Shown: positions 28,600-39,169, numbered from the stretch's first letter. The stretch is DNA of 50,953 bases from an uncultured virus (IMG/VR IMGVR_UViG_2860317346_000001) (IMGVR_UViG_2860317346_000001:124001-174953), one strand, 5' to 3'. The notes: generated from the sequence alone by a model not told the origin. Made by a program: numbers and translations.

Positions 28600-28959
28600 G
28601 TGTGTAATGACGTGACCTGTGTTCAACCGGGGGACAATATGATATTTACTAGCGAAGAAATAACAGAAACCATCATCGATGCCATGCTACGGTATCTATA
28701 CGATTTAGGAAAGTGGGATACGAAGATAAGTTTGTGTAAAAGCTATACTGAATTAATCGTACTCCTGAAAACAGAAACATCAAGCTATAATATCGTAGAC
28801 GCAGGAACTGTACGGCCTGTCATTAACACCGTTGTTGGTAATTATATTGATTGGGACGCTATAGCTGACGTATTAATCAATAGATATCTTGAGAAACATG
28901 AATCCTTACCGTTCGAAGTGAACGGTAAAGTGGTTAAAGGAGAAAAAGCAAGTGGATAA
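28600..28959 (+). CDS. Hypothetical protein
   Basis: ORF with IDWDAIA motif. Confidence 0.6.
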   Translation: MCNDVTCVQPGDNMIFTSEEITETIIDAMLRYLYDLGKWDTKISLCKSYTELIVLLKTETSSYNIVDAGTVRPVINTVVGNYIDWDAIADVLINRYLEKHESLPFEVNGKVVKGEKASG

Positions 28960-29068
28960 TTATTTCATTTGCGCCACTTTCATGTATATATGTTGTTTTG
29001 TGGGGTCGCGTCACGATTCGAACAGTGCGACCCTAAACCTGGTTTGTTAAATTTGTTTTCAACCGTAT

Positions 29069-29162
29069 TTGCTGGCTTACGGGGGTAGTCGATTAAATCG
29101 AAAGTTTCCACTTTAAGGTTAAACCTTTTGATGTATGGGGCATACCAGCAACTTTTTTTTTT
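29069..29162 (+). ncRNA. Multibranch hairpin element followed by a T-tract
   Basis: TTGCTGG/CCAGCAA closes several short hairpins. Confidence 0.4.
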
Positions 29163-29232
29163 GATGTAAATGTTATATATTATAACCTATGTTAGTTTAT
29201 CGGGAATTAATAAGTTTAATACGGTGTTACAT

Positions 29233-29547
29233 ATGGTTAGAAAATATTTTTTGTTATTTACTCGTGAAACGTACGAGGATGTGTTTTTATACGTGTTAGA
29301 AAATCCGGAGCAGGATGTTGTGGAAATAGCTAAAGGTTCCGGTGTGTATATTTCAACCGTACGTGAAGCGCTTACAAAATTAACACAAAATGGATATTTA
29401 TCACGTAAACCACGTGATAGACGTAATACCGTTGGTGCCAGGGGTTATCTGTATTGGGTTGATGATATTGAGAGTATTATTGACGTTAGTACAAAGAAAC
29501 ACGATAAAAGTATGGATGAGTTGAGAGCATTAACCAAACGAACATAA
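29233..29547 (+). CDS. Archaeal TrmB-type winged-helix transcription regulator
   Basis: VVEIAKGSGVYISTVREALTKLTQNGYLSR...GYLY. Confidence 0.75.
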   Translation: MVRKYFLLFTRETYEDVFLYVLENPEQDVVEIAKGSGVYISTVREALTKLTQNGYLSRKPRDRRNTVGARGYLYWVDDIESIIDVSTKKHDKSMDELRALTKRT

Positions 29548-29870
29548 AACATGGCATATCCTGCGAAACTACAACTATAGGTTGTATGGAAAAACTTTCG
29601 GAATTAAACGGTTCCGTATGGGCCGAATTACGCGTTAAAGCTAAATTTAATGAGCTTAATAGCGAATTCAATTTACTCGTAAGGTCCAAAAGTACACGTG
29701 AAGATGTACTTTTTGATGCTGCTGTTAAACAACTTGCAAAATTACATTGGCATAGCGCATTTCAGAATCACGATATTTCAGTGGTGGAAGTAAACGTTGG
29801 TTCTGCGCGTGAATGTCTTACATTTAGATAATTTTTATCTTTTTATAAACAATTTACACAAGGTTTAGCT

Positions 29871-30641
29871 ATGACGATTACAACTAAGGTAGCTAAAGGT
29901 TTTCTTGATATTTATTTTCGCGGTAAATCACTTGAAGAATTACACGAAACTATGTCACGAGTATCTAAAATTGATGTACACGCCCCGAAACTTGCTAAAC
30001 TCGACGAAATTAACCAAATATTACACATAGAATTTGATGAGTCACAACCGTTTATGTTTAGACCAAGTGTTGGATACGCGTTAAAAACATTAGGTTACAC
30101 TACTAAAGGGTTATTACAAATACGTCGGGAACCGAGTAAAGCTCTAAAAGGGTATTTGTACGATGTTGAATACGTGTATCTCAACGCTGATGTGTGCGTT
30201 TATACGTATCCTCAAGGTGTCACGGAATCTGAATTTTATGGTGTATATAATCAGTTTTCTGGCCAATACGACGTTGAAGGCTCATTATTATTACATGGTG
30301 TATCTGAAGACGCAGTCGATAAATTTAGCCGAGCGTTTGCTGGTAGCGGTAGTACCTGTTTTATTGAAAATATACCATGGCACGGTTCATGCGATTTATA
30401 CCGGTCGATTAAATTTGGTAGCCGGTATGATACCAAAACAATTTCGCGGATTACACGAGCGTGCGTGCAGCTGTTAAAGGACAGTGATAATGATAAGGGT
30501 ACGATTAACATTCAAGCTAGTTCCCCGATAAATTTTAGCATATACACATCAAATACACCCGACGATACATCACTTACGATAAAACATGGTCTATACCTTA
30601 ATTTCGTATACATGCCGGGTATAACAGTTTTAGGTGAGTAA
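29871..30641 (+). CDS. Hypothetical protein
   Basis: 256-aa ORF. Confidence 0.75.
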   Translation: MTITTKVAKGFLDIYFRGKSLEELHETMSRVSKIDVHAPKLAKLDEINQILHIEFDESQPFMFRPSVGYALKTLGYTTKGLLQIRREPSKALKGYLYDVEYVYLNADVCVYTYPQGVTESEFYGVYNQFSGQYDVEGSLLLHGVSEDAVDKFSRAFAGSGSTCFIENIPWHGSCDLYRSIKFGSRYDTKTISRITRACVQLLKDSDNDKGTINIQASSPINFSIYTSNTPDDTSLTIKHGLYLNFVYMPGITVLGE

Positions 30642-31422
30642 AATGGGTACTTTGGTTTGTGATGTTGAGATTAAACTTAACGGTACAACATACGAAGAAT
30701 TATTTAAGTTATCGGAGTTACAACAGTTAGCTGTGATATTGAATGAAAAACCAAACCACGATGATTTATACTTTAAATTAATCGATGATACGGTGAGGTT
30801 GACGTGTAAATTCACATCGGTACCTAACGTTAGGTTATTACGACCAGCTTTATTTACACCGAATAAAACGAACATTTCGATTAACGGGTTTATACTGGTA
30901 GCTAATTACACGCATATGTCGATGCATTTGATTAAAAACAACTTTATATCTAATAAATACAACGAAGAACGTATATACGGGTTTTTAAACTTCAATAAAC
31001 GGTTGTTAAATAAAACCGATACGTTTGATACACATATCTTAATCGATGGTTGTACTGATAACTACAAACGGGACTTTATAGCAGATGCGTTAGAAAATTT
31101 AGATTTTGATACACATATGTTTTACGAGAGTGAATTTTTATCACAAATACCGTTTGAAATTGACGTTGTAAAACGATTAGACGATGACGAAATATGCGAT
31201 TTATACGCAGGTCTACGAAAATTGAGATTCACCAGCGGATTTAACGATATATGCTTACACGTTAAATCTAACGCTGGTTTCGGTATCATAGACGTTTTAC
31301 ATGAACATGCGAATATAACTAACGATTTAAGTAATCTTAGACGTAACGCGACCGCAGGATTTAGTGAAGCTGGTGGAACATATGAGCATTTATTATCATC
31401 ACCATGGGATACTATTTGTTGA
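30634..31422 (+). CDS. Hypothetical protein
   Basis: 262-aa ORF. Confidence 0.75.
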   Translation: MSKMGTLVCDVEIKLNGTTYEELFKLSELQQLAVILNEKPNHDDLYFKLIDDTVRLTCKFTSVPNVRLLRPALFTPNKTNISINGFILVANYTHMSMHLIKNNFISNKYNEERIYGFLNFNKRLLNKTDTFDTHILIDGCTDNYKRDFIADALENLDFDTHMFYESEFLSQIPFEIDVVKRLDDDEICDLYAGLRKLRFTSGFNDICLHVKSNAGFGIIDVLHEHANITNDLSNLRRNATAGFSEAGGTYEHLLSSPWDTIC

Positions 31423-32143
31423 CCACGCAGGTATATCGTACGAAGAACTACCAGAAAAATACACGTTTAACTTAATAATGGAAATACTCGAAGCGTTAAT
31501 AGATACAAGTGAAGGTAAGGGTATATCGGTAAAAACCACGAAAGATTCACATGTAATTGTTATCAGGTTGGATAACGTCGAGATAAGGAATTGTAATCTC
31601 GATGAGGAGTTATCACGATTACAACGTGATGGTATTAACGTGTCCGGTGAATTATCGGTTAGATACGATTACGATGGTGATGTAGCCGAAAATTATATTT
31701 ACGCGGGTGTCGAACGGGTTGTGAATTATCCGGTAAAATACGCTAAATTTAACGATGATATACTAAAAGAAATTCCAAAAATTTACAATAAGATGGGTAT
31801 CGGTAAAACCGGTCAACATAAAAATTACTGTGTAAAATTATTGTTCGAAGCAATGGTAGGTTCAACACAGATGGTCGACGACCTTGCTGAAACGTACGGG
31901 TTTTATGTGTACGAACACGAAATTGATGAAGAAGAAATACAACTTGAAGTGGTCGATACACTCGAATGTGATATACACAAACTACTGGAATTTTTACGGG
32001 CCCTCGATAATATTGAAATCCGAAATAATGATATCAGTGTGACGTCAGCTATACTCGTTTCAAACGAGCTGGAATACGTTAAAATTAATTATACCGATGG
32101 TGAGATTGAGCTTTTGGAGTGTGTAAATAATGATACTACCTAA
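31364..32143 (+). CDS. Hypothetical protein
   Basis: 259-aa ORF. Confidence 0.75.
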   Translation: MKLVEHMSIYYHHHGILFVDHAGISYEELPEKYTFNLIMEILEALIDTSEGKGISVKTTKDSHVIVIRLDNVEIRNCNLDEELSRLQRDGINVSGELSVRYDYDGDVAENYIYAGVERVVNYPVKYAKFNDDILKEIPKIYNKMGIGKTGQHKNYCVKLLFEAMVGSTQMVDDLAETYGFYVYEHEIDEEEIQLEVVDTLECDIHKLLEFLRALDNIEIRNNDISVTSAILVSNELEYVKINYTDGEIELLECVNNDTT

Positions 32144-32765
32144 AAACGTTAGCACCTTTGATAAAATTGTGAATATACGCAGCACGTTCACGTGTTTTGA
32201 CCACCACATTACAAGCGTGTTAACAAACGACGAGATTTACCATATCGTTACACACATGCCGTTAAAAATAAACCCCGATATCAACGATAACATACCTTAC
32301 GAAGTGTTACACCAGTATCTACTACATATGTTCGATGTTAAGCATGGTATGGGTATTTTTAGTGATATGGATGATGCTTATAACCACGCCAGTCATCTAC
32401 CTCCACACGCCAACTGTCAATTTAACGACGTTATGTCATTCAGAACAGATGAATCATCCAAAGTGTTTCACGTTGCAGGGTTACCTTACGTGTTAGACCG
32501 TGTATCTCTCGCAAAAAAATTGGTTAACATGGAAACCGGTTTAGTGATGTACAGTCATCGGGACACGTATATCGCTGACCGTAACATTGCGTGTCCGTTA
32601 TTTAGAGACTATATCATCGACAAAGGTGTCATTAAACGTATTGACGATGATATGATTACGAAACCGCTTAGGTACATTGATTTTGAAGAGTTATACATGT
32701 ATATGAGCTGTCCAGTTTGGATGGAGTATCCACTTTACCCAACCTTTTTACAAGGGATAAAGTGA
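32130..32765 (+). CDS. IDD-motif paralogue family member
   Basis: GLPYV...DYIIDKGVIKRIDDD. Confidence 0.75.
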   Translation: MILPKNVSTFDKIVNIRSTFTCFDHHITSVLTNDEIYHIVTHMPLKINPDINDNIPYEVLHQYLLHMFDVKHGMGIFSDMDDAYNHASHLPPHANCQFNDVMSFRTDESSKVFHVAGLPYVLDRVSLAKKLVNMETGLVMYSHRDTYIADRNIACPLFRDYIIDKGVIKRIDDDMITKPLRYIDFEELYMYMSCPVWMEYPLYPTFLQGIK

Positions 32766-33256
32766 TTGACATTAAGCTTATATCGTACAAGGGAAGTGGC
32801 CAGTTTGCAGACAACACGTATCATGTAACCGGTGGAGATTTAAGTTATACGTGTAAAACCAACTACACTTTACCGTCGAAAATGTCTATACCGGCATTTT
32901 ACCGGCTAGTTGTAGATGCGAAGATACATGATTTTATTACCGACGCTAATGCGCCAACCGATTTTCCATTCGGTATACCGGTCGGGTTTCATTATTTAGG
33001 TGTGTATAAGTTTAAAAATGCGTTATTGTTTGTACACGATGATAAACACTTATTTTACTGTACCGAATTATTCGAAATAAATCCTGAGTACGTTATAATT
33101 AATAATAGAATACATTACATCGACGATACGCTTACAGTAACCGTTAACCCGGTTGGAGCACGTAAATGTTTGCGTATATTACGTAAAATGGGACTTCGTG
33201 ATAAATACTTTTCACGGAACGATTACCTCGATTTAATCGAAAAGATGTTAAAATAA
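32762..33256 (+). CDS. IDD-motif paralogue family member
   Basis: DLSYTCK...FGIP...IHYIDD. Confidence 0.75.
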   Translation: MIDIKLISYKGSGQFADNTYHVTGGDLSYTCKTNYTLPSKMSIPAFYRLVVDAKIHDFITDANAPTDFPFGIPVGFHYLGVYKFKNALLFVHDDKHLFYCTELFEINPEYVIINNRIHYIDDTLTVTVNPVGARKCLRILRKMGLRDKYFSRNDYLDLIEKMLK

Positions 33257-33277
33257 TCACAATGTTACGGTGAAACC

Positions 33278-33874
33278 ATGTTTGGTTCGAGAACGAGAAA
33301 AGAAAATGCAGACTTAAAACAACAATTAGATGCTATGGCTGAGCAACTGAAAGCCGCAACGGAACAATTATCCGAAGCAAATACAAAACTTGAAACTTAC
33401 GAAAGTAATCCAGAAATTAGTAATCTACATCAAAAAATACATGACCTTGAGATTAAATTAGAAGAAGCTAACCTTAAACCATCTGCAGTTGAAAGAGAAT
33501 ACAGGAGGAAGATGGAAGAACTCGACAGTACGTATAAGCACGCCGAAACGTTACATGTGCTGGAGAAAGAAGCGTTACAGAAAAATATCGACGCGTTAAC
33601 TAAAATAATCGAAGGTAAAGAAGCTGAGTGTGAACAGAGAATTAAAGCCGCACTTACGACATGTGAAGCTAAAATTAAAGATAACGAAGAAATGTACAAC
33701 GCACAGAAAGAGAAAATAAAAGAAATGGCTAAACTTGAAGCCGCTTCCGAAATTAATACTTACCTGATAAAACACAACGAAGAATTAACGTCATTATCAA
33801 AAGACGTTATCGAGAAAATCTGCAACATTAAACCGACATCGGTTAACGTCGTTACCGGAAGTTCTACATGTTAA
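33278..33874 (+). CDS. Coiled-coil protein
   Basis: E/K/L-rich heptads. Confidence 0.8.
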   Translation: MFGSRTRKENADLKQQLDAMAEQLKAATEQLSEANTKLETYESNPEISNLHQKIHDLEIKLEEANLKPSAVEREYRRKMEELDSTYKHAETLHVLEKEALQKNIDALTKIIEGKEAECEQRIKAALTTCEAKIKDNEEMYNAQKEKIKEMAKLEAASEINTYLIKHNEELTSLSKDVIEKICNIKPTSVNVVTGSSTC

Positions 33875-34422
33875 AACAACCACAAGCGATGCTTAATGCT
33901 TTATACGATATCGTAAGTGGTAAAACACCAAAAACCATTTGTTTTGAAAATGACGAAGGGTCCGTATGTGTACCGTTAGATAACAAGCTTTGGCTTGATT
34001 ATTTTATACATAATGCTATGCAATTTCGTGATTCACCCTTGTTTTATCGTGCTCCGACGGTATTTTTACCACCATCGGATAATGGGTTTTCCGATGGCTC
34101 GGATGATATATGGACGAATAATCGTTATCGGTTTGGTGACATAGCTGTACCGGCAGAGTTATTTGCTCTCACACGGTTAACGGTGGGTATATGTAATTAC
34201 ACCAATGCGCAATTTGTATGTGGTAATACCAAAAAAGTGGACTATTACAAAACCGATACGTTAAAAATCGAAGATTTAGTTAAAAAGGATACAATCCCAA
34301 TAACTAATTGTGGTCCAGGGACCTTCACTTCGACAACCATACAGTTACGATTAACAAATCAAGCTACGTTTAAATCTCATTATGACCAACTGAAGAAAAA
34401 GTGTGGTATCTATGTACAATAA
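33868..34422 (+). CDS. Hypothetical protein
   Basis: Operon ORF. Confidence 0.7.
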   Translation: MLKQPQAMLNALYDIVSGKTPKTICFENDEGSVCVPLDNKLWLDYFIHNAMQFRDSPLFYRAPTVFLPPSDNGFSDGSDDIWTNNRYRFGDIAVPAELFALTRLTVGICNYTNAQFVCGNTKKVDYYKTDTLKIEDLVKKDTIPITNCGPGTFTSTTIQLRLTNQATFKSHYDQLKKKCGIYVQ

Positions 34423-34975
34423 CCGTGATAGTCGATTTAACGATGAATACGTACCGGAATCGGTGCGACGCATCGTATGGTTGCAGAAAATTTTATACGA
34501 CCGGTGGCATAGTTCGTATATTACGGCAGTAGTTCCGAATCGAGTTATGTCTATCCGCGCTGACGACTTCATAAAAGCAAACACAACTGTTGCCCGTTCA
34601 ATCGATTGTTGTGCCGGTAGCATTATATCTCATTCGGGTCGATACAAGCGAATAACATCCGATATCGTTAGTGTGAGTAAAAATATATTGAAAAGGGAAA
34701 TAACCGCGTATGTAATTAATAACATATTTCTACATGATAAATCGGAATACGATATCACTGAATACTACAAAGGTGTTATGAGTATCAATGACATTATTTG
34801 TTCCAAAGGTATCGTACTTGAACCGGTTGAACCTTTTGACTATGATGATGTAATTAGTACGGACGCATACGTCGTTTGTGGTCAAAATGTAATGGAAATC
34901 CAATCATACTATCATGATTTGAAACGAGCTAGACTTAACCCCGATTTACGAAAGTACGCTAAAAGTGTGTGGTAA
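34412..34975 (+). CDS. Hypothetical protein, paralogue of the next gene
   Basis: YVVCGQNVMEIQSYYHD matches YVLRGTNLLDIVSHYND. Confidence 0.7.
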   Translation: MYNNRDSRFNDEYVPESVRRIVWLQKILYDRWHSSYITAVVPNRVMSIRADDFIKANTTVARSIDCCAGSIISHSGRYKRITSDIVSVSKNILKREITAYVINNIFLHDKSEYDITEYYKGVMSINDIICSKGIVLEPVEPFDYDDVISTDAYVVCGQNVMEIQSYYHDLKRARLNPDLRKYAKSVW

Positions 34976-35546
34976 CGTGAAACTTCCGTGCGATAAAAGG
35001 TGGATTGAACGACGGTACATTTCAATCGTTAGTAGATTTGATTTACGTGAAGATGCTGAAATTTATCCACGTTTTATTAGGTTTAAAGGTGCTGAACGTA
35101 AAATCGCATTCGATATAACTAATCGCAATTTTGTAGATTTTATGTATTGGTACGTTTTACGTGATATATGCCCCGAGCATGTAGATGAATTGAAACGTGG
35201 ACGAATTTACTATGATGATACGTTCGGTATACTTACTTTATTAGCGACCAAACTTCGTTTAACTTTTATCAACACGATTAATATACATGGCGTTGACCAA
35301 ACAACTGAATGTTACGTCGCGGATATTAATTTCAACGATTTAGGTTCTACCGATGAAATACTCGAACTTAAACGTGTTGATGATTTCGATGGTGATTTAC
35401 GGTCTAGTAATAGAAGTTACGTGTTACGTGGAACTAATTTGTTAGATATCGTATCGCATTATAATGATGCCGCGGCTAAACGGTATAATTTATCCGATTG
35501 TAAAAACTTAGAGGATGTAATTAAATATCACAAAAATTCGTTTTAG
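34965..35546 (+). CDS. Hypothetical protein, paralogue of the previous gene
   Basis: Shared C-terminal motif. Confidence 0.7.
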   Translation: MCGNVKLPCDKRWIERRYISIVSRFDLREDAEIYPRFIRFKGAERKIAFDITNRNFVDFMYWYVLRDICPEHVDELKRGRIYYDDTFGILTLLATKLRLTFINTINIHGVDQTTECYVADINFNDLGSTDEILELKRVDDFDGDLRSSNRSYVLRGTNLLDIVSHYNDAAAKRYNLSDCKNLEDVIKYHKNSF

Positions 35547-35555
35547 GTGTACCAA

Positions 35556-36047
35556 ATGATTAACGTTGTGCTTTTAAATATCAATTCTCACACACGTACG
35601 TATCGGTTATTCGCAAACGATTTGAGTTATACATGTAAATCTAAAATACCAATTATGCCTAATTCGATAGAACATTCGATATTTCGTAACGCGTTAGGGT
35701 ATGGTAGTTTTACGGATATAATTGATGAAAAAACGGGCAAGCCAGCGGAATTGGTATTCGGTATACCTTTAAATTTTAACCAGTTCGCTGACGTTATAAT
35801 TTTCGATAAAGCTATTGTCTTTGTAAATTCCTTAGAACACCGGTTGTTTAAGACTAAACCGTTTGATGTGGGTATCGATTACAGTATATCCGACAACCAA
35901 ATACATTACATTGACGATGCGCTGCAGGTTGAGTTACTTAGACCAGATGAATGTCTGAGGTTATTACATGTACTCGATGAGCAAAAAAGAAGATACACTA
36001 AACTCGAATACTACAAAGTATTAAGTCGAAGATATCACGATTGGTGA
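35556..36047 (+). CDS. IDD-motif paralogue family member
   Basis: DLSYTCK...FGIP...IHYIDD, close to 32762. Confidence 0.75.
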   Translation: MINVVLLNINSHTRTYRLFANDLSYTCKSKIPIMPNSIEHSIFRNALGYGSFTDIIDEKTGKPAELVFGIPLNFNQFADVIIFDKAIVFVNSLEHRLFKTKPFDVGIDYSISDNQIHYIDDALQVELLRPDECLRLLHVLDEQKRRYTKLEYYKVLSRRYHDW

Positions 36048-36481
36048 TGATTATGAATGCTGATGATGTAATTGTATCATATAACGATAGTACCAACCGA
36101 ATAAACACAAAACAGTGGGTTAAACGTGTAACGAGTATAAACCAATCGTGTAAAAGCGGGTATTCGTTGCAGGGTGAGTTTATTAATAAACTCGAGCCAC
36201 TTAAACCCGGTATCCACGTTATGAAGTATACATACGGTAAGCAACATTCAAACGAAGGATACGTATTATTTACTATTAACCACAACGGCGAATATTCGGT
36301 TGTGAAAGTTCTCGACAAACCCAACCCTAAAGTATGGGCGGTCGAATTGTGGGTACCAATAATATCGTATTTAACTAAATCCACACCAACTCGAAGTGAT
36401 GCCATTATTCAAATCCGACAACTAATGTACGACCATAATATACGGTTATCCGACCTGTTAAACCCAGATGGTACACCATGA
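36041..36481 (+). CDS. Hypothetical protein
   Basis: WVKRV...GYSLQGEF. Confidence 0.7.
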   Translation: MVMIMNADDVIVSYNDSTNRINTKQWVKRVTSINQSCKSGYSLQGEFINKLEPLKPGIHVMKYTYGKQHSNEGYVLFTINHNGEYSVVKVLDKPNPKVWAVELWVPIISYLTKSTPTRSDAIIQIRQLMYDHNIRLSDLLNPDGTP

Positions 36482-37083
36482 AATCAATGAATTTTGTTGA
36501 CATCGATATAACCGTCGAACTTGATATATCACTTGAAGAATTTCAGCTTATAGTTGATAAATATCACGTAATTAGTTCTTTTCGTGGTCGTAGCGACGTG
36601 ATTATGACGTTTAGGGATGGTATATTTAATTTTAAACGTAAGCTGAAGCTAGGCGCTAAGGATTACATATCATCGTTTACGTATGGTAAATTGTACGGGT
36701 TTTTCGAAAAATTAGCAGAAATGAAACAACCTATCAACGGACACATTTTTGTTGGTACAGATTTAATTTTTGTTAATTATATTGGTAAAGTTTACAAACC
36801 GATGGGTTCGTTTATAACACCGTTAGAAATATACGATTATTTGAAGTGTGATAGGGTACTCCTGTTAATGCATGACAACATCAATTCGGTTACACTACGT
36901 AACGCGTTAAATGAAGATGATTTCAAAAACTTATCACGACAAACTGCAATCGCACGATTACAAGCTAATAATGACCTTGAGTTTTTAATTATAACCCCAA
37001 ATCACTTGATACACTCACAATTTACATCAGGTGGTGGTAGACAAATTCGGGTTGTACCTTTACCGGGTACCGGTGTATACTAA
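36478..37083 (+). CDS. Hypothetical protein
   Basis: 201-aa ORF. Confidence 0.7.
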   Translation: MKSMNFVDIDITVELDISLEEFQLIVDKYHVISSFRGRSDVIMTFRDGIFNFKRKLKLGAKDYISSFTYGKLYGFFEKLAEMKQPINGHIFVGTDLIFVNYIGKVYKPMGSFITPLEIYDYLKCDRVLLLMHDNINSVTLRNALNEDDFKNLSRQTAIARLQANNDLEFLIITPNHLIHSQFTSGGGRQIRVVPLPGTGVY

Positions 37084-37131
37084 AGTATTTATATCTTCCA
37101 ATATTACCCCTAGTACGTGGAAAAATAATGT

Positions 37132-37179
37132 GCACCCGTACGGATGCGTATCCTGCAGGTTCAAGTCCTGGCGGGTGCG
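37132..37179 (+). ncRNA. Miniature tRNA-like element (acceptor stem + T arm + one tetraloop hairpin)
   Basis: GCACCCG/CGGGTGC; CAGG-TTCAAGT-CCTG; GGAT-GCGT-ATCC; TTTATA box at ~37088. Confidence 0.65.
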
Positions 37180-37430
37180 GATAATCATACAGATACCTTG
37201 TTTGATCTTTTCTTGGTATCATCTTGTTTGATTAAAACTAAATCTCTTCCATGTTTCTCCAATATATCTCACTGACACATAATTTTGGTAACTTCAAATG
37301 TAATTAATGTTTTCTTCCCGTTAATTAACCATTAGATTAAGTTATCTATCTCCATTTACTGTTTATTACTTTGTTGCTCTTGGAATAAAACATATACTCC
37401 CATATATGCTATTCACACCTTTACACGTCC

Positions 37431-37868
37431 GTGGTGTGCGTGTGGAGACAATATCAACACCACATTTTTATTTTAATTGGTGTCGTTATGAACTTCGTAG
37501 AATACCGGTATATGATAATTTTGTTTATATTATACTCACAGCGTGTCCAGATGAAGTTCAAACGCATTTATTTGTTGGTATACATACTATCAGCGGCGAT
37601 TCACAACGTAAATATTGCTTTTGACTGTGACGAGTATTATACGAGTAATTCGAGCATAGACCTTGCGATATACGAACTTGTATCGAAGGGTTTAGTTAAA
37701 CCTGTTGGTATATCACATGGTGTGTATGATATAACGGCTGAGGGTAAACGTTTTATCGAAAAGAAACTCGGTGAATACCCAGATTTAAAAACAGTTGAAA
37801 CTTTACTTGATACGTATAAAAAACACAATGTTCGTTCACTATTACTTGTGGTAGGTGATATAAAATGA
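37431..37868 (+). CDS. Winged-helix-like protein (true start probably downstream)
   Basis: ELVSKGLV...YDITAEGK. Confidence 0.55.
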   Translation: MVCVWRQYQHHIFILIGVVMNFVEYRYMIILFILYSQRVQMKFKRIYLLVYILSAAIHNVNIAFDCDEYYTSNSSIDLAIYELVSKGLVKPVGISHGVYDITAEGKRFIEKKLGEYPDLKTVETLLDTYKKHNVRSLLLVVGDIK

Positions 37869-38192
37869 AAATCGTATGTGCTCACAGCGACATAGAATTG
37901 GTCGACGTTTGTGAAATATTTGACCTTACACATGTTTCGGTTTACAACGATGGTCGCATGCAGCAAAAATTTGTTGATAAAAACGGAAACGAATACATTT
38001 TTCCGTACGTTAATATCGGAATCGTTTCTGATAGTGTTTTTAGTAAACTTGGTATACCCGTTTTATAATCTTTTTTTTTTGATACATTCACGTTTTTCGA
38101 TGTTACTAACCTTTTTAAACTTTCAACGGACTAAACCACGTCTATACATCCGGTAGCTAATTCTCCGGGTTAACCTAGACTGAGGGATTAGT

Positions 38193-38894
38193 ATGGAAGC
38201 AATACCGTATACGTGGACAGCACAAATACCGAATAGTGACACGGATTGTGTCGTAATCGAAAAGATTGACGGTAGTTGTCTTCAAATTCTGTACAAACCT
38301 AGTGAGGGTGTGGTATTCGCCAATGATGTTGGTATTCTTGAAATATCCACGGAATCACAATTCGAAGTTATGTACAGGTACAAAAATAAAAACTACAAAT
38401 ACCTATACGATACACTTGGTGTTTTCGCAAGACGAACATATGATATGGACGTCGATTACATTTCATTCTTAGGCTACATCTACGGTGGTGTAGACCAGAC
38501 TATGTTGTATTCCCCTGCATCGGAGTATTTAGTGAAAGACATCGTTATCGTATTAGTAGATGGTACACGCGTTTTAATACCACACGGTGTGATGGATACC
38601 ATACTCGATGGTATGCTACCAACGTCGCCGGTTAAATTCACCGGAACGTACAGTGAGTGTTTCGATTACGTCGTGAATAATTATTCAAAAGCCCAATCTA
38701 AATTATACATCGACCATTACGGTGTGTATAAAGATATTATCGATTATGTTGACAATGTTGTTTATGGTCTCGAAATCAGAAGATTATCTTCCGATTCATT
38801 ATACGAGTCCGAGCTGATGTTTTCGGCTGAAGAGTCTATTGTGAAACCTGTAACTTCGGTTACTAAGTATCCAGTAGCTGAGGGATATCAATGA
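38193..38894 (+). CDS. RNA ligase (Rnl2-like) nucleotidyltransferase domain, possibly degenerate
   Basis: VVIEKIDGS (motif I KxDG); FLGYIYGG at motif III; GLEIR at motif IV. Confidence 0.55.
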   Translation: MEAIPYTWTAQIPNSDTDCVVIEKIDGSCLQILYKPSEGVVFANDVGILEISTESQFEVMYRYKNKNYKYLYDTLGVFARRTYDMDVDYISFLGYIYGGVDQTMLYSPASEYLVKDIVIVLVDGTRVLIPHGVMDTILDGMLPTSPVKFTGTYSECFDYVVNNYSKAQSKLYIDHYGVYKDIIDYVDNVVYGLEIRRLSSDSLYESELMFSAEESIVKPVTSVTKYPVAEGYQ

Positions 38895-39169
38895 ATCCCT
38901 CCATTACTTTAGCTTTGAATCGTTCAAAGTTAAGAAAACGAATTTTACAAGTGTTACACGACAACCAACAGGGTATGTATTTGTCACAAATAGCAAGAGC
39001 TTTAGAATGCCAAGAGTCTAGTATACTCGGTTGTTTGAAAGGCATGGGTAAACGTTATTCCGCTGATAGGGCTTTAGTGAATCTCGGTTTGGTCAATCTT
39101 AATGTAACACATGGTACTAAGATATATACACTGACACATGTCGGTAAAACTGCTTTAGCTACACTGTAG
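38891..39169 (+). CDS. earA: EarA-family archaellum transcription activator homologue
   Basis: LNRSKLRKRIL...YLSQIAR...SSILGCLKGMGKRY...LVNLGLV...YTLTHVGK. Confidence 0.8.
   Translation: MNPSITLALNRSKLRKRILQVLHDNQQGMYLSQIARALECQESSILGCLKGMGKRYSADRALVNLGLVNLNVTHGTKIYTLTHVGKTALATL

Noticed and set aside
35380..35400. Second DFDGD in ORF 34965-35546
   Set aside because: No surrounding barrel motifs, and the paralogue reads PFDYD at this position; coincidental
37132..37179. att-site remnant (tRNA 3' half duplication)
   Set aside because: It retains a complementary 5' acceptor strand and there is no integrase nearby, so it looks like a self-contained structure
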